Positions 11,666 to 20,632 of a DNA stretch of 64,000 bases are shown here, piece after piece. Source of the DNA: Candidatus Omnitrophota bacterium (GTDB lineage: Bacteria > Omnitrophota > Gorgyraeia > Gygaellales > Profunditerraquicolaceae); assembly GCA_022710715.1 (NCBI GenBank), contig JAKLGJ010000002.1:147791-211790 (forward strand). The letters run 5' to 3'. The first letter of the stretch is position 1; each line of letters starts with the position of its first letter. The notes below the pieces were generated by a model. The model worked only from the letters and a program-made list of their open reading frames with translations. It did no database searches and was not told where the DNA came from. Made by a program: the position numbers and the translations under genes.

Positions 11666-13201
11666 ATGGAAAAACGACTGTTTTTAGCCATCGGACTTTC
11701 TTTTCTTATCCTTTTTGCCTGGGCGAAGTTGATGCCGCCAGCCACTAACCAGACGCAGGTTGCCCCCCCTGTGGAAAAAGCTGTTGAAATCAAAACCGAA
11801 AAAGTGATCGGTAAACCATTAATCACCGGAGAAAGCGAGCCGCCCGCAGAAAATAAAGAATTCGTGTTTTCTTTGCCCCTGCTGGATCTGTCTTTTAATG
11901 AACCCGAAGCCTCGATCGGCCAGGTAACATTTAAGAAATTTAATAGTTATAAGTATATGTTAATAAGTGGGTTACGCGTAGCTGATCCCGGAACCGCGTT
12001 CGTTAAACAATTTAGCGCTAACAACGAGCTAGAATATGTATATGCTGGGGGCGGATTACAAATTAGCAAGCGCTTTATATTTAAAGATTTGTATAACAAC
12101 GACGTAGAAATAAAAATCAGGAATACCGCTGCTTACCCTATCTCCATCAGTATTCCTATCAGCCTTGGTACTCTGGATTTCGAGATGAAATCCCGGAGCA
12201 TGCTGCAACAGCAATCCCCTATTCAAGACATCGCTGTTTCTGCCCAGGGGAAAATCACTTACCCCAATCCTAAAAAGTCGCAACTATTTGAAAATATTGG
12301 ATTTATAGGAATAAGAGAGCGATATTTTTGCACCATTATCCAGCCAGATGAGAAAGGATACTCCGGATTTGTGCGCCCAGCCGGAAAGAATGCTTTTGAT
12401 GTTGGTGTTGAATCTCCCGAATTGAAACTTGCTCCGGGAGAAGAGCGCGTGCATAAATTTAAACTGTATATCGGCCCGCAAGACGCCACCCTGCTCGCTT
12501 CTCGTAATCCGGAATGGAAAGCGTTGATTTATTTTGGTAAATTCGACTTTATTGCCCAAATTATGCTCGGCACGCTTTCTTTCACCCATAAAGTAGTGAA
12601 AAACTGGGGACTGGCGATTATAATTCTAAGCTTGCTGATTTATTTAGTGCTTTATCCGCTTACTATTAAGCAAATGCGCTCAATGAAAGAAATGCAGGTC
12701 TTGCAACCTAAAGTAGAGCAGCTTAAAGTTTTATACAAAGACAACAGCCAGCGAATGAATAAAGAATTAATGGAGCTTTATAAAGAGCATAAAGTTAATC
12801 CACTGGGTGGTTGTTTGCCTTTGTTGTTACAAATGCCTGTTTTCTTTACACTTTATCAGGTGTTGAATCGTTCTATCGCTTTAAAAGGTGCCGAGTTTTT
12901 ATGGATCAAAGATCTTTCTGAGCCAGATAAGCTGGCCATGTTGCCGGTTAATTTGCCGGTTGTCGGAGACCAATTTAATATTTTACCGATAATCATCGCG
13001 ATTATTATGTTTGTGCAACAGAAATTCTCGACCGCAGCGGCTACCGGGGAAGCTGCACAGCAACAGAAAATCATGATGATTGTATTTCCTTTTGTTTTTG
13101 GGCTGGTATTTTATCATATGCCATCCGGACTAGTATTATACTGGCTGGTGAATAGTCTTTTAATGATGCTTTATCAAATTAAGATTAGTAAGATTAGCTA
13201 A
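11666..13201 (+). CDS. yidC: membrane protein insertase YidC
   Basis: 511 aa with an N-terminal TM, large periplasmic domain and conserved C-terminal five-TM core. Confidence 0.9.
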   Translation: MEKRLFLAIGLSFLILFAWAKLMPPATNQTQVAPPVEKAVEIKTEKVIGKPLITGESEPPAENKEFVFSLPLLDLSFNEPEASIGQVTFKKFNSYKYMLISGLRVADPGTAFVKQFSANNELEYVYAGGGLQISKRFIFKDLYNNDVEIKIRNTAAYPISISIPISLGTLDFEMKSRSMLQQQSPIQDIAVSAQGKITYPNPKKSQLFENIGFIGIRERYFCTIIQPDEKGYSGFVRPAGKNAFDVGVESPELKLAPGEERVHKFKLYIGPQDATLLASRNPEWKALIYFGKFDFIAQIMLGTLSFTHKVVKNWGLAIIILSLLIYLVLYPLTIKQMRSMKEMQVLQPKVEQLKVLYKDNSQRMNKELMELYKEHKVNPLGGCLPLLLQMPVFFTLYQVLNRSIALKGAEFLWIKDLSEPDKLAMLPVNLPVVGDQFNILPIIIAIIMFVQQKFSTAAATGEAAQQQKIMMIVFPFVFGLVFYHMPSGLVLYWLVNSLLMMLYQIKISKIS

Positions 13202-13202
13202 T

Positions 13203-13391
13203 ATGGAAAAGAAAAGCATTTCGATTGAAATAGAAGCTAAAACCATAGAAGACGCTGTAAAAAGAGCGCTTAAGGAGATGAACGTTAAGCGGGATCAGGT
13301 TAAAATTGAAGTTTTGCGCGAGGAAGAAAAGGGTTTGTTTGGACAGGCTGGGGCTAAACTGGCTAAGATAAGAGTGACCATAGAGCATTGA
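13203..13391 (+). CDS. Jag/KhpB N-terminal-domain-only protein (truncated jag)
   Basis: 62 aa MEKKSISIEIEAKTIEDAVKRALKEMNVKRDQVKIEVLREEEKGLFGQAGAKLAKIRV matches the Jag_N domain. KH and R3H domains are absent. In the canonical position after yidC. Confidence 0.5.
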   Translation: MEKKSISIEIEAKTIEDAVKRALKEMNVKRDQVKIEVLREEEKGLFGQAGAKLAKIRVTIEH

Positions 13392-13392
13392 T

Positions 13393-13408
13393 TGTTTCAC
13401 GTGGAACA
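13393..13408. promoter_or_regulatory. parS centromere-like site
   Basis: TGTTTCACGTGGAACA is one mismatch from the consensus TGTTTCACGTGAAACA. Directly upstream of parAB. Confidence 0.7.
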
Positions 13409-13467
13409 ATCAAATTTGTCTATTGACAAACGGCGAAAATTTGAGAAAATAGTACCAGGTAGCCAAA

Positions 13468-13483
13468 TGTTTCACGTGGAACC
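13468..13483. promoter_or_regulatory. parS-like site (second copy)
   Basis: TGTTTCACGTGGAACC is two mismatches from consensus, 10 nt before the parA start. Confidence 0.55.
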
Positions 13484-13492
13484 ATATTTTAT

Positions 13493-14296
13493 ATGGGAAA
13501 AACAATAGCGGTTTGTAATCAAAAAGGCGGAACTGGTAAAACAACCTCGGCTATTAATCTTGCGGCGTATTTTGCTATCTTTGGGAAAAAGGTTTTATTG
13601 ATCGATCTGGATCCCCAAGCAAATGCTACCAGCGGAGTCGGAGTTGATAAACACAAGGTAAGCAAGAGTACCTACCACATTCTTCTGGAAGAATTTCCCA
13701 TAAAAGAAAGTCTCAAGAGCACCGCCATCGAAACTCTTTGGGTGGCTCCGGCGAATCTTGATCTTACTGGCGCTGAAGTGGAACTGGTGAGTACTCTGGG
13801 CCGTGAGTATCGGCTGAAAAAAGCTATTGAGCCGGAAAAAGAGCATTTCGACTATATCATTATTGACGCGCCTCCGTCGCTGGGTCTGCTTACCATTAAT
13901 GCGCTTTCCGCGGCAGACTCGATTCTCATCCCGGTACAATGCGAGTATTACGCTTTGGAAGGATTGACCCAGCTTATGAATACCTTCAATCTGGTTAAAA
14001 GTCATCTTAATCCTGAACTGACGATTGAAGGCGTGGTATTAACCATGGCGGATTTTCGCACTAATCTCACTAAGGAAGTGATCAATGAAGTTAAAAACTT
14101 TTTTAAAGATAAAGTGTATCATTCGATTATCCCGCGCAGTATCAAATTAGGGGAAGCTCCTAGTTATGGAAAGCCAGTTGCGCTATACGATAAGGAAAAT
14201 ATTGGCGCCAGAAAATATGAAGAGCTAGCCAAGGAAATTTTGGGAACACTAACCGTATCACCGTCTCGTGATACGGTTATCGAGCAGGAGGCTTAA
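13493..14296 (+). CDS. parA: chromosome partitioning ATPase ParA/Soj
   Basis: Deviant Walker A KGGTGKTT, 267 aa. Confidence 0.9.
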   Translation: MGKTIAVCNQKGGTGKTTSAINLAAYFAIFGKKVLLIDLDPQANATSGVGVDKHKVSKSTYHILLEEFPIKESLKSTAIETLWVAPANLDLTGAEVELVSTLGREYRLKKAIEPEKEHFDYIIIDAPPSLGLLTINALSAADSILIPVQCEYYALEGLTQLMNTFNLVKSHLNPELTIEGVVLTMADFRTNLTKEVINEVKNFFKDKVYHSIIPRSIKLGEAPSYGKPVALYDKENIGARKYEELAKEILGTLTVSPSRDTVIEQEA

Positions 14297-15174
14297 TGGA
14301 AAGAAAAGCGTTGGGAAAAGGAATAAGCGCATTGATCCCGGAGCCGGAAAAAGATCGCGGCGAAAAAATTGCGCTGATACCGACAGAACAAATTACTGCC
14401 AATCCGTTGCAGCCGCGCGAAGATTTTTCGTCGGAAGAATTAGATGACCTGGTTAGTTCGATCCGCGAAAAAGGGATTTTACAGCCGGTACTGGTAAGGC
14501 GTAAAGGCGACGCTTTTGAATTGATTGCCGGAGAACGCAGACTGCGGGCCGCAAAAATGTTAAGCCTGCAAGAGGTGCCAGTGATCATTAAAGATGTGGA
14601 TGATCGCGATTCGCTGGAGCTGGCATTAATTGAAAATGTACAACGGCAAAATCTCAATGTGATTGAAGAGGCGCGGGCTTTTCAGTACCTGATTGAAAAA
14701 TTCAATTTGACCCAGGAAGAGGTTAGCCAGGTAATCGGTAAGTCCCGGGAATCGGTAGCGAATATGTTGCGCTTGCTTAAACTTCCTACGGAAGTCCTGG
14801 ATGAGATTCGCGGCGGGAGAATGAGTTTTGGACATGGCCGGGCGCTGCTCGAGCTGCAGGACGAAAATCAACAGCGCAGGCTTGCCCAGACCACCATCTC
14901 TAAGTCATTGTCGGTAAGGGAGTTAGAAAATTTAGTTAAACATTCCCGTCCACGTTCGCGCAGATTGGCCATTACCGCTGCCGGGCTGGATCCATTTGTG
15001 TCTCTGCTGGAAGCAGAGCTTCAGCAGATCTTGGCGACTAAAGTGCGGATCATCAAAAGAAAAAAACGGGGTCGCATTGTGATCGATTTTTATTCCCAGG
15101 AAGACATGGAGCGCATTATTGGAAAAATGAGAGGAGAGACGAAACATGAATCAGGCAGTGCTCATTCTGATTAA
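14296..15174 (+). CDS. parB: chromosome partitioning protein ParB/Spo0J
   Basis: ParB box GERRLRAA plus an HTH and a C-terminal dimerisation region. Start overlaps the parA stop. Confidence 0.9.
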   Translation: MERKALGKGISALIPEPEKDRGEKIALIPTEQITANPLQPREDFSSEELDDLVSSIREKGILQPVLVRRKGDAFELIAGERRLRAAKMLSLQEVPVIIKDVDDRDSLELALIENVQRQNLNVIEEARAFQYLIEKFNLTQEEVSQVIGKSRESVANMLRLLKLPTEVLDEIRGGRMSFGHGRALLELQDENQQRRLAQTTISKSLSVRELENLVKHSRPRSRRLAITAAGLDPFVSLLEAELQQILATKVRIIKRKKRGRIVIDFYSQEDMERIIGKMRGETKHESGSAHSD

Positions 15175-15649
15175 GCCCGATGGTTTGAAAAAATCGTTAA
15201 CCGGCAATATTCTCACGCGCTTGTCAGAGACAAAGCTGGAAATAGTAGCTGCGAAAATGGTGCGGGTGTCCGATGAATTGGCCAAATCGCATTATCAGCA
15301 TTTAAAAGATAAACCATTCTTCCCGGAGTTGATAAAATATCTTAAAGGCGAATTACACGACCGTCTCAAGGTTATGGCGTTGATCTACTGGGGGAAGGAC
15401 GCGATCAAAAGATGCCGGGAGCTGGCAGGAGCGACGAATCCGGAAGAAGCCGATCCCACCTCCATTCGCGGATCGTACGGTCGCATCACCACTAAAGGTT
15501 TGTACGAGAACGTGATTCACGTCTCTTCGAATGAGGAAGATGCCTGCAGGGAGATCAAATTATGGTTTGATCCGCCGGAGATTATCGTCGATTTGTATCC
15601 GACAAAAGAAGAAATCTGCCGGGAATGCCGCAAACAGGGCTGGGCGTAA
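15146..15649 (+). CDS. ndk: nucleoside diphosphate kinase
   Basis: 167 aa NDK fold with active-site HxS context in NVIHVSSNEEDA. Overlaps the parB 3' end by 29 nt. Confidence 0.75.
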   Translation: MNQAVLILIKPDGLKKSLTGNILTRLSETKLEIVAAKMVRVSDELAKSHYQHLKDKPFFPELIKYLKGELHDRLKVMALIYWGKDAIKRCRELAGATNPEEADPTSIRGSYGRITTKGLYENVIHVSSNEEDACREIKLWFDPPEIIVDLYPTKEEICRECRKQGWA

Positions 15650-15662
15650 GAGAGAGGGCGCT

Positions 15663-16490
15663 ATGATTCAAAGCATGACCGGGTTTGGCAGGAGCGAAGG
15701 AAAGCTGGATTCATTCGGGATCGCGACCGTTGAGATCCGCAGCATCAATCACAAATTTCTGGAAGCGGTGATTCATCTCCCCGAGGGGTTTCTTTCGCTG
15801 GAGGACAAAATAAAAAAAGAGATCGAGTCCCGGGTTCAGCGGGGCAGGGTTACCTGCGTGATCAATATCGTTCAGCAGGTCAGCCGCGACGTCATGATCG
15901 ACGAGGATCTGGTAAAAAAATACGTCGGAGTGCTCAAGGGTTTGAGCAGAAAATACGGGCTTAAAGACGAATTGACCATTAATTCGGTGATCAGTCTCCC
16001 GGGAGTGCTGGCACTTTCTGAAAACAAGATTCCGACCCAGCGCATGTGGCCGCAGTTGAAACTGTTGCTGACCCAGGCTCTCGACGACCTTGTTTCGATG
16101 CGGGCCAAAGAAGGCAAGGCGCTTGCGCTGTTCCTTAAAGCGCGCAACGCGACGCTGAAGAAAGAGCTCGACGAGATAAAAGAGCGGTTTAAAAAAGTGG
16201 TCAAGGAAAAAGCCAACAAATTCGCCACCGACATGGAGCGGACCGCATTTTTGAAAGAGTCCGATATTACCGAGGAGATCGAGCGGCTGGATTACCATAT
16301 AAAAAATTTCCAGAGCAAGTGGGCGGTGAACGCTCCGCTGGGCAAAGAACTGGATTTCATTGCGCAGGAGATGCAACGCGAAGCCAATACCATGGGCGCG
16401 AAATCCTGCGATACGGATATATCCGGGAAGGTCGTCTTTATCAAGAGCCAGATCGAAAAGACCAGAGAACAGTTGCAGAATATCGTTTAA
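15663..16490 (+). CDS. yicC: YicC-family stress-induced protein (YicC_N + DUF1732)
   Basis: Characteristic N-terminus MIQSMTGFGR. The track ORF 15531 start would overlap ndk, so the ATG at 15663 is preferred. Confidence 0.8.
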   Translation: MIQSMTGFGRSEGKLDSFGIATVEIRSINHKFLEAVIHLPEGFLSLEDKIKKEIESRVQRGRVTCVINIVQQVSRDVMIDEDLVKKYVGVLKGLSRKYGLKDELTINSVISLPGVLALSENKIPTQRMWPQLKLLLTQALDDLVSMRAKEGKALALFLKARNATLKKELDEIKERFKKVVKEKANKFATDMERTAFLKESDITEEIERLDYHIKNFQSKWAVNAPLGKELDFIAQEMQREANTMGAKSCDTDISGKVVFIKSQIEKTREQLQNIV

Positions 16491-16494
16491 CTAC

Positions 16495-17112
16495 GTGCGC
16501 ATACTCAAGGCGAAGAAAAGCGGGCTGTTGTTCGTTATTTCCGGACCATCGGGATCAGGCAAGACCACGCTGGCCAACAGTTTGCTTGAGATCGGGGAAT
16601 TCCGGGGTCGCCTGGTGAAGAGCGTTTCGTTTACCACCCGGCCCAGGCGGACCGGTGAAAAGAATAAGCGGGACTATTTTTTCCTTACTGCCGCGGAATT
16701 CAAAAATCTGCGCCGGGCAAAAAAAATCCTTGAATGGACCAGGTATTTGGGGTATTATTACGGAACGGCCAGGGATTTTATCGAGGCCCAGATGGGAAAA
16801 GCCGAAGGCGTGCTCTTGTGTCTGGATATCAATGGCGCCCGGTCCATTAAGCGCGCATATCCCGATCGCGCAGTGACTATTTTTGTTAAACCGCCTTCGC
16901 TGAAAGATTTGCCTCTGCGCATTCAGAAGCGTTGCCGCACCACGCGCGTCGACGAGGTGCGCCGGAGGGTGAAGGTCGCCGAAAAAGAATTGCGCGCTGC
17001 GGGCAGCTATGATTATGTCCTGGTGAACAAGGACCTGAAGAAAGCGATCGCCCGTCTGCACAGGATTGTTCGAAGCCGTTTATCAAACTACAGGGCTGCA
17101 AGCCGCTCGTAG
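16495..17112 (+). CDS. gmk: guanylate kinase
   Basis: P-loop ISGPSGSGKTTL and TTRPRRTGE motif. A GTG start just after the yicC stop is inferred; the track start at 16360 overlaps yicC. Confidence 0.85.
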   Translation: MRILKAKKSGLLFVISGPSGSGKTTLANSLLEIGEFRGRLVKSVSFTTRPRRTGEKNKRDYFFLTAAEFKNLRRAKKILEWTRYLGYYYGTARDFIEAQMGKAEGVLLCLDINGARSIKRAYPDRAVTIFVKPPSLKDLPLRIQKRCRTTRVDEVRRRVKVAEKELRAAGSYDYVLVNKDLKKAIARLHRIVRSRLSNYRAASRS

Positions 17113-17158
17113 GCGGTTCTTGCAGCTTAGTTGTGTCAATACACAAGGGAGATCCGGT

Positions 17159-17365
17159 ATGGCATATGTATCGCTGGAGAAACTGTTGGATAAGACTGAC
17201 AGTTCGGTATTCAAGCTGGTTGTTCTGGCTTCCAAGAGGGCGCTGGAGATTGCCGAGGGACAGCCAAAGCTCACGGATAGCTTGAGCGTGACTGTTAAGC
17301 CGTCTATCATCGCTTTGCAGGAGATCATGGAAGGCAAAATAAAAGCGAAAGAGCTGAAGTCCTAG
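17159..17365 (+). CDS. rpoZ: DNA-directed RNA polymerase subunit omega
   Basis: 68 aa from MAYVSLEKLLDKTDSSVFKLVVLASKRALE. Canonical gmk-rpoZ-coaBC synteny. Confidence 0.75.
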   Translation: MAYVSLEKLLDKTDSSVFKLVVLASKRALEIAEGQPKLTDSLSVTVKPSIIALQEIMEGKIKAKELKS

Positions 17366-17366
17366 C

Positions 17367-17912
17367 ATGGGAAAACAAAAAAAGATTATACTCGGCGTCA
17401 CTGCCAGCGTGGCAATTTATAAAGCCTGCGAACTGGTACGGCGGCTCAAGGACAAGGGGTATGCTCTTGACGTGGTGATGACCGAGGACTCCAAGGAATT
17501 TATCCGTCCGATCCTGTTCGAGAGCCTGGCGGGTTCAAGCGTGCACAGCGGTCTTTTTACCGGTCCGACCAGCTGGGATATCGAACATGTTTCCCTCGCC
17601 GATAAAGCCGACCTGGTTTTAATCGCCCCGGCAACCGCCCATATCATCGCCAAGCTGGCAGCGGGACTGTGCGACGATCTCCTGTCGTGTGTGGTGTGCG
17701 CCACCAGAGCTCCGGTACTGATCTGCCCGGCGATGAACGAGAATATGTTTGTGCATCCCATCACCCGGCAGAATATCAAAAAGCTGGAGACGGCGGGATA
17801 TAGATTTGTGCAACCCAGAAAAGGGATGCTGGCGTGCGGTAAAGAAGGGGCCGGCTGTTTGGCTGAGGTTGAAACGATCGTGAAAGAAGTCGGGAAGATT
17901 TTGGCGACGTAG
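17367..17912 (+). CDS. coaC: phosphopantothenoylcysteine decarboxylase flavoprotein (CoaC domain only)
   Basis: 181 aa flavoprotein fold (GVTASVAIYK, PAMNENM). The CoaB ligase half is absent. The last 3 codons lie inside tRNA-Cys. Confidence 0.8.
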   Translation: MGKQKKIILGVTASVAIYKACELVRRLKDKGYALDVVMTEDSKEFIRPILFESLAGSSVHSGLFTGPTSWDIEHVSLADKADLVLIAPATAHIIAKLAAGLCDDLLSCVVCATRAPVLICPAMNENMFVHPITRQNIKKLETAGYRFVQPRKGMLACGKEGAGCLAEVETIVKEVGKILAT

Positions 17913-17977
17913 CCAAGCGGTAAGGCAGCTGTCTGCAAAACAGCTATTCAGCGGTTCGATTCCGCTCGTCGCCTCCA
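17903..17977 (+). tRNA. tRNA-Cys (anticodon GCA)
   Basis: Acceptor GGCGACG/CGTCGCC, discriminator T and encoded CCA. Anticodon stem-loop GCTGT-CTGCAAA-ACAGC, T-arm AGCGGTTCGATTCCGCT. Confidence 0.8.
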
Positions 17978-17992
17978 TTGTGCGGGTAGGAG

Positions 17993-18649
17993 ATGGCACG
18001 TCTCCGTAATTGTCTGAAGATTGAAAAGGCGATACTGTGGTATTTGGCGGGCCTGGTCGCCACAGACGGATGTTTAAGCAAAGACGCGCGGCACATCGAT
18101 ATTACTTCTAAAGATAGGCGATTTTTAAAAGCGTTGTGCGCGCGCATCGCGAGTAACTCGCGGGTATGTTCCAAGAATGTCGGTGGTCGGCCTTATGCGC
18201 GGGTGCAGTTGAGCAATAAATCCCTGTACGAGTTCTTTCTATCCATCGGATTAATGCCCCGCAAATCGTTAGTGCTGGGGAAATTGGCGGTGCCCGATAC
18301 GGGATTTGCGGATTTCTTGCGAGGAGTAATAGATGGCGACGGCAGTATCCGAAAGTGGAAGCATCCCGGGAATAAGAAAGAACAATGGAGCTTGCGTATT
18401 TATTCCGGCTCGCGTGAGTTTATTGGCTGGTTGCAGAAAGCCGCGAAGCGGGTGTTGGCTGTTCGCGGCAGGCTCTATCAGGAAAGAAGAACTCTTTGGA
18501 CATTGAAATACGGGAAAATGGTTTTAAAGGTGATCGCCCGGCGAAGTTATTACGACGGGTGTTTCGGATTGCCGAGAAAAACAGCGCTGGCAACAGCATG
18601 TTTAGCGTCTGATAGCGGATGGAAACGCAGCAAGACGGTTCTTAAGTAA
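17993..18649 (+). CDS. double-motif LAGLIDADG homing endonuclease, free-standing
   Basis: 218 aa with two LAGLIDADG motifs, LAGLVATDGCL and LRGVIDGDGSI, spaced as in a single-chain pseudo-dimer. Confidence 0.8.
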   Translation: MARLRNCLKIEKAILWYLAGLVATDGCLSKDARHIDITSKDRRFLKALCARIASNSRVCSKNVGGRPYARVQLSNKSLYEFFLSIGLMPRKSLVLGKLAVPDTGFADFLRGVIDGDGSIRKWKHPGNKKEQWSLRIYSGSREFIGWLQKAAKRVLAVRGRLYQERRTLWTLKYGKMVLKVIARRSYYDGCFGLPRKTALATACLASDSGWKRSKTVLK

Positions 18650-18656
18650 CGCGAGC

Positions 18657-18740
18657 GCCGGGGTGGCGGAACTGGCAGACGCACGAGACTTAAAATCTCG
18701 CGACCGTAAGGTTGTAAGGGTTCAACTCCCTTTCCCGGCA
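18657..18740 (+). tRNA. tRNA-Leu (anticodon TAA)
   Basis: Acceptor GCCGGGG/TCCCGGC (one G-T pair). Anticodon stem-loop CGAGA-CTTAAAA-TCTCG, long variable arm, T-arm GGGTTCAACTCCC. Confidence 0.8.
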
Positions 18741-18775
18741 TGTTTAAACTTTGTAACGGCAAAAGATAATCATTG

Positions 18776-18852
18776 CGGGCTCATAGCTCAGTTGGTTAGA
18801 GCGTTGCGTTGACATCGCAAAGGTCTGAGGTTCAAGTCCTCATGGGCCCACC
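18776..18852 (+). tRNA. tRNA-Val (anticodon GAC)
   Basis: GGGCTCATAGCTCAGTTGGTTAGAGC D-arm. Anticodon stem-loop TTGCG-TTGACAT-CGCAA, T-arm GGTTCAAGTCC, encoded CCA. Confidence 0.85.
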
Positions 18853-18860
18853 ATATTCCT

Positions 18861-20582
18861 ATGGAACTCGACATACTGCGTCATTCATGTTCTCACGTGA
18901 TGGCCAAAGCGGTCAAGCAGCTCTGGCCCGAGGTCAAGATCACCATCGGCCCTTCGATCGAAGACGGGTTTTATTACGACTTCGACAAGAAAGAGCCGTT
19001 TTCCGACGCTGATCTGGCGGCCATCGAGGGAAAGATGCGGGAGATCATCCGGCGCAACGAGCCGTTCGTGCGTCAGGAAATGTCCAAGCCGGAAGCCGAG
19101 GCGCTTTTCAACGGGCTCAAAGAACCCTATAAGATCGAGCTCATCCGCGCGATTGCCGACGAAAAAGTCTCGACATACAAAACCGGGGACGATTTTGTCG
19201 ATTTATGTCGCGGTCCGCATGTCGGATCCACCGGGGAGATCAAGGCTTTCAAATTGCTGTCGGTGGCCGGATCTTACTGGCACGGGATCGAGACCAATCC
19301 CATGCTCCAGCGGATCTACGGGACCTGTTTTGAGTCTCAAAAAGAGCTGGACGATTATTTGAAAGATCTGGAACAGAGAAAATTGCGTGATCACCGTAAG
19401 CTCGGTCCCGCATTAGAGCTCTTTGATATCTATCAGGAAGCAGCCGGCCCCGGGTTGGTTTTTTATCTGCCCAACGGAGCCCTGTTGCGTAAAATAATAG
19501 AGGATTACGAAAAAGAAGAGCATTTGAAACGCGGATACCAGCTGGTGATCACTCCGCACATAATGCAGGCAGAGCTCTGGAAAACGTCCGGTCACTGGGA
19601 TTATTACCGGGAGAATATGTATACGTTCAAGATAGACGAGAAAGAGTTTGTCTTGAAGCCGATGAACTGCCCCGGGCACATGCTTATCTATAAATCCAGG
19701 GTGCGCAGTTACCGCGACCTGCCCCTGCGTCTTTTCGAGCTGGGCACGGTTTACCGCCACGAGAAAGCCGGAGTAATGCACGGGTTGCTGCGGGTGCGCG
19801 GCTTCACCCAGGACGACGCGCACATCTTCTGTCTGCCGTCACAGGTCGAGACAGAGATACAATCCGTGGTGGAATTCGTGTTTACCACCATGAAAGTCTT
19901 CGGTTTTGACAAGATGGACATTGAGTTGAGCACCCGGCCTGCCAAATCGATCGGCTCGGACGAAGACTGGCGGCTGGCGACCGATGCGCTGGAGAATTCT
20001 TTAAAAGCGCTGGGGCTGTCCTATGAGATCAATGAAGGCGACGGGGCTTTTTACGGCCCGAAGATAGATATCAAATTAAAAGACGCTTTAAAACGCTCCT
20101 GGCAATGCGCGACCGTGCAATGCGACTTCAGTCTGCCTAAAAGGTTCGAACTGACGTATGTCGACGTTGACGGATCCGAGAAGCAGCCGATCATGCTGCA
20201 CCGGGTATTGCTGGGAAGCGTCGAGAGATTTACCGCCTGCTTGACCGAACAGTATATGGGCGATTTCCCTTTATGGCTGGCGCCGGTGCAGGTTCAGATC
20301 ATACCCATACGGGAAGATTTCCGGACGTACGCCGAGAGCGTGCGGTCGGCGCTGGAAGACAAAGGTATTCGCGCGGAGATTAATCTGCGCAACGAAACGC
20401 TTAACAAGCGCATCCGTCAGGCGGAGGTCGCCAGGATTCCCTATAGCGTGATAATCGGCGAACGGGAAGTTGCCTCGCGCACTGTTGCGGTCCGCAAGCG
20501 CCGCGATGGCGATCAGGGCGCTATGTCAGTCGACGATTTTATTGGCCAGGTGAGCCAGCAGATAAACACTCGCTCGCAGTAG
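18861..20582 (+). CDS. thrS: threonine--tRNA ligase (lacks N-terminal TGS domain)
   Basis: 573 aa beginning at the N2 editing-domain motif ILRHSCSHVMAKAVKQLWP. Class II catalytic core and C-terminal anticodon-binding domain. Confidence 0.9.
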   Translation: MELDILRHSCSHVMAKAVKQLWPEVKITIGPSIEDGFYYDFDKKEPFSDADLAAIEGKMREIIRRNEPFVRQEMSKPEAEALFNGLKEPYKIELIRAIADEKVSTYKTGDDFVDLCRGPHVGSTGEIKAFKLLSVAGSYWHGIETNPMLQRIYGTCFESQKELDDYLKDLEQRKLRDHRKLGPALELFDIYQEAAGPGLVFYLPNGALLRKIIEDYEKEEHLKRGYQLVITPHIMQAELWKTSGHWDYYRENMYTFKIDEKEFVLKPMNCPGHMLIYKSRVRSYRDLPLRLFELGTVYRHEKAGVMHGLLRVRGFTQDDAHIFCLPSQVETEIQSVVEFVFTTMKVFGFDKMDIELSTRPAKSIGSDEDWRLATDALENSLKALGLSYEINEGDGAFYGPKIDIKLKDALKRSWQCATVQCDFSLPKRFELTYVDVDGSEKQPIMLHRVLLGSVERFTACLTEQYMGDFPLWLAPVQVQIIPIREDFRTYAESVRSALEDKGIRAEINLRNETLNKRIRQAEVARIPYSVIIGEREVASRTVAVRKRRDGDQGAMSVDDFIGQVSQQINTRSQ

Positions 20583-20632
20583 CGGTTCGCGGCCGGTAGG
20601 CCGCAGGGCCCGCTGTTTGAGCCTCGAAGGAG

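Noticed and set aside
15531-15662. Upstream extensions of track ORFs (yicC from 15531, gmk from 16360, pheS from 25101, rpoZ from 17066, dnaA from 11002, glmS from 3088)
   Set aside because: The extensions overlap the preceding gene in another frame and precede the conserved N-termini (MIQSMTGFGR, MDIQSIKK, MAYVSLEKLL, MCGIVGY). Internal starts were preferred.
17903-18852. Group I intron interrupting a tRNA as host for the LAGLIDADG ORF
   Set aside because: tRNA-Cys, tRNA-Leu and tRNA-Val all fold as uninterrupted cloverleaves with intact anticodon loops. The endonuclease ORF starts after the tRNA-Cys CCA, so no exon-intron arrangement is evident.
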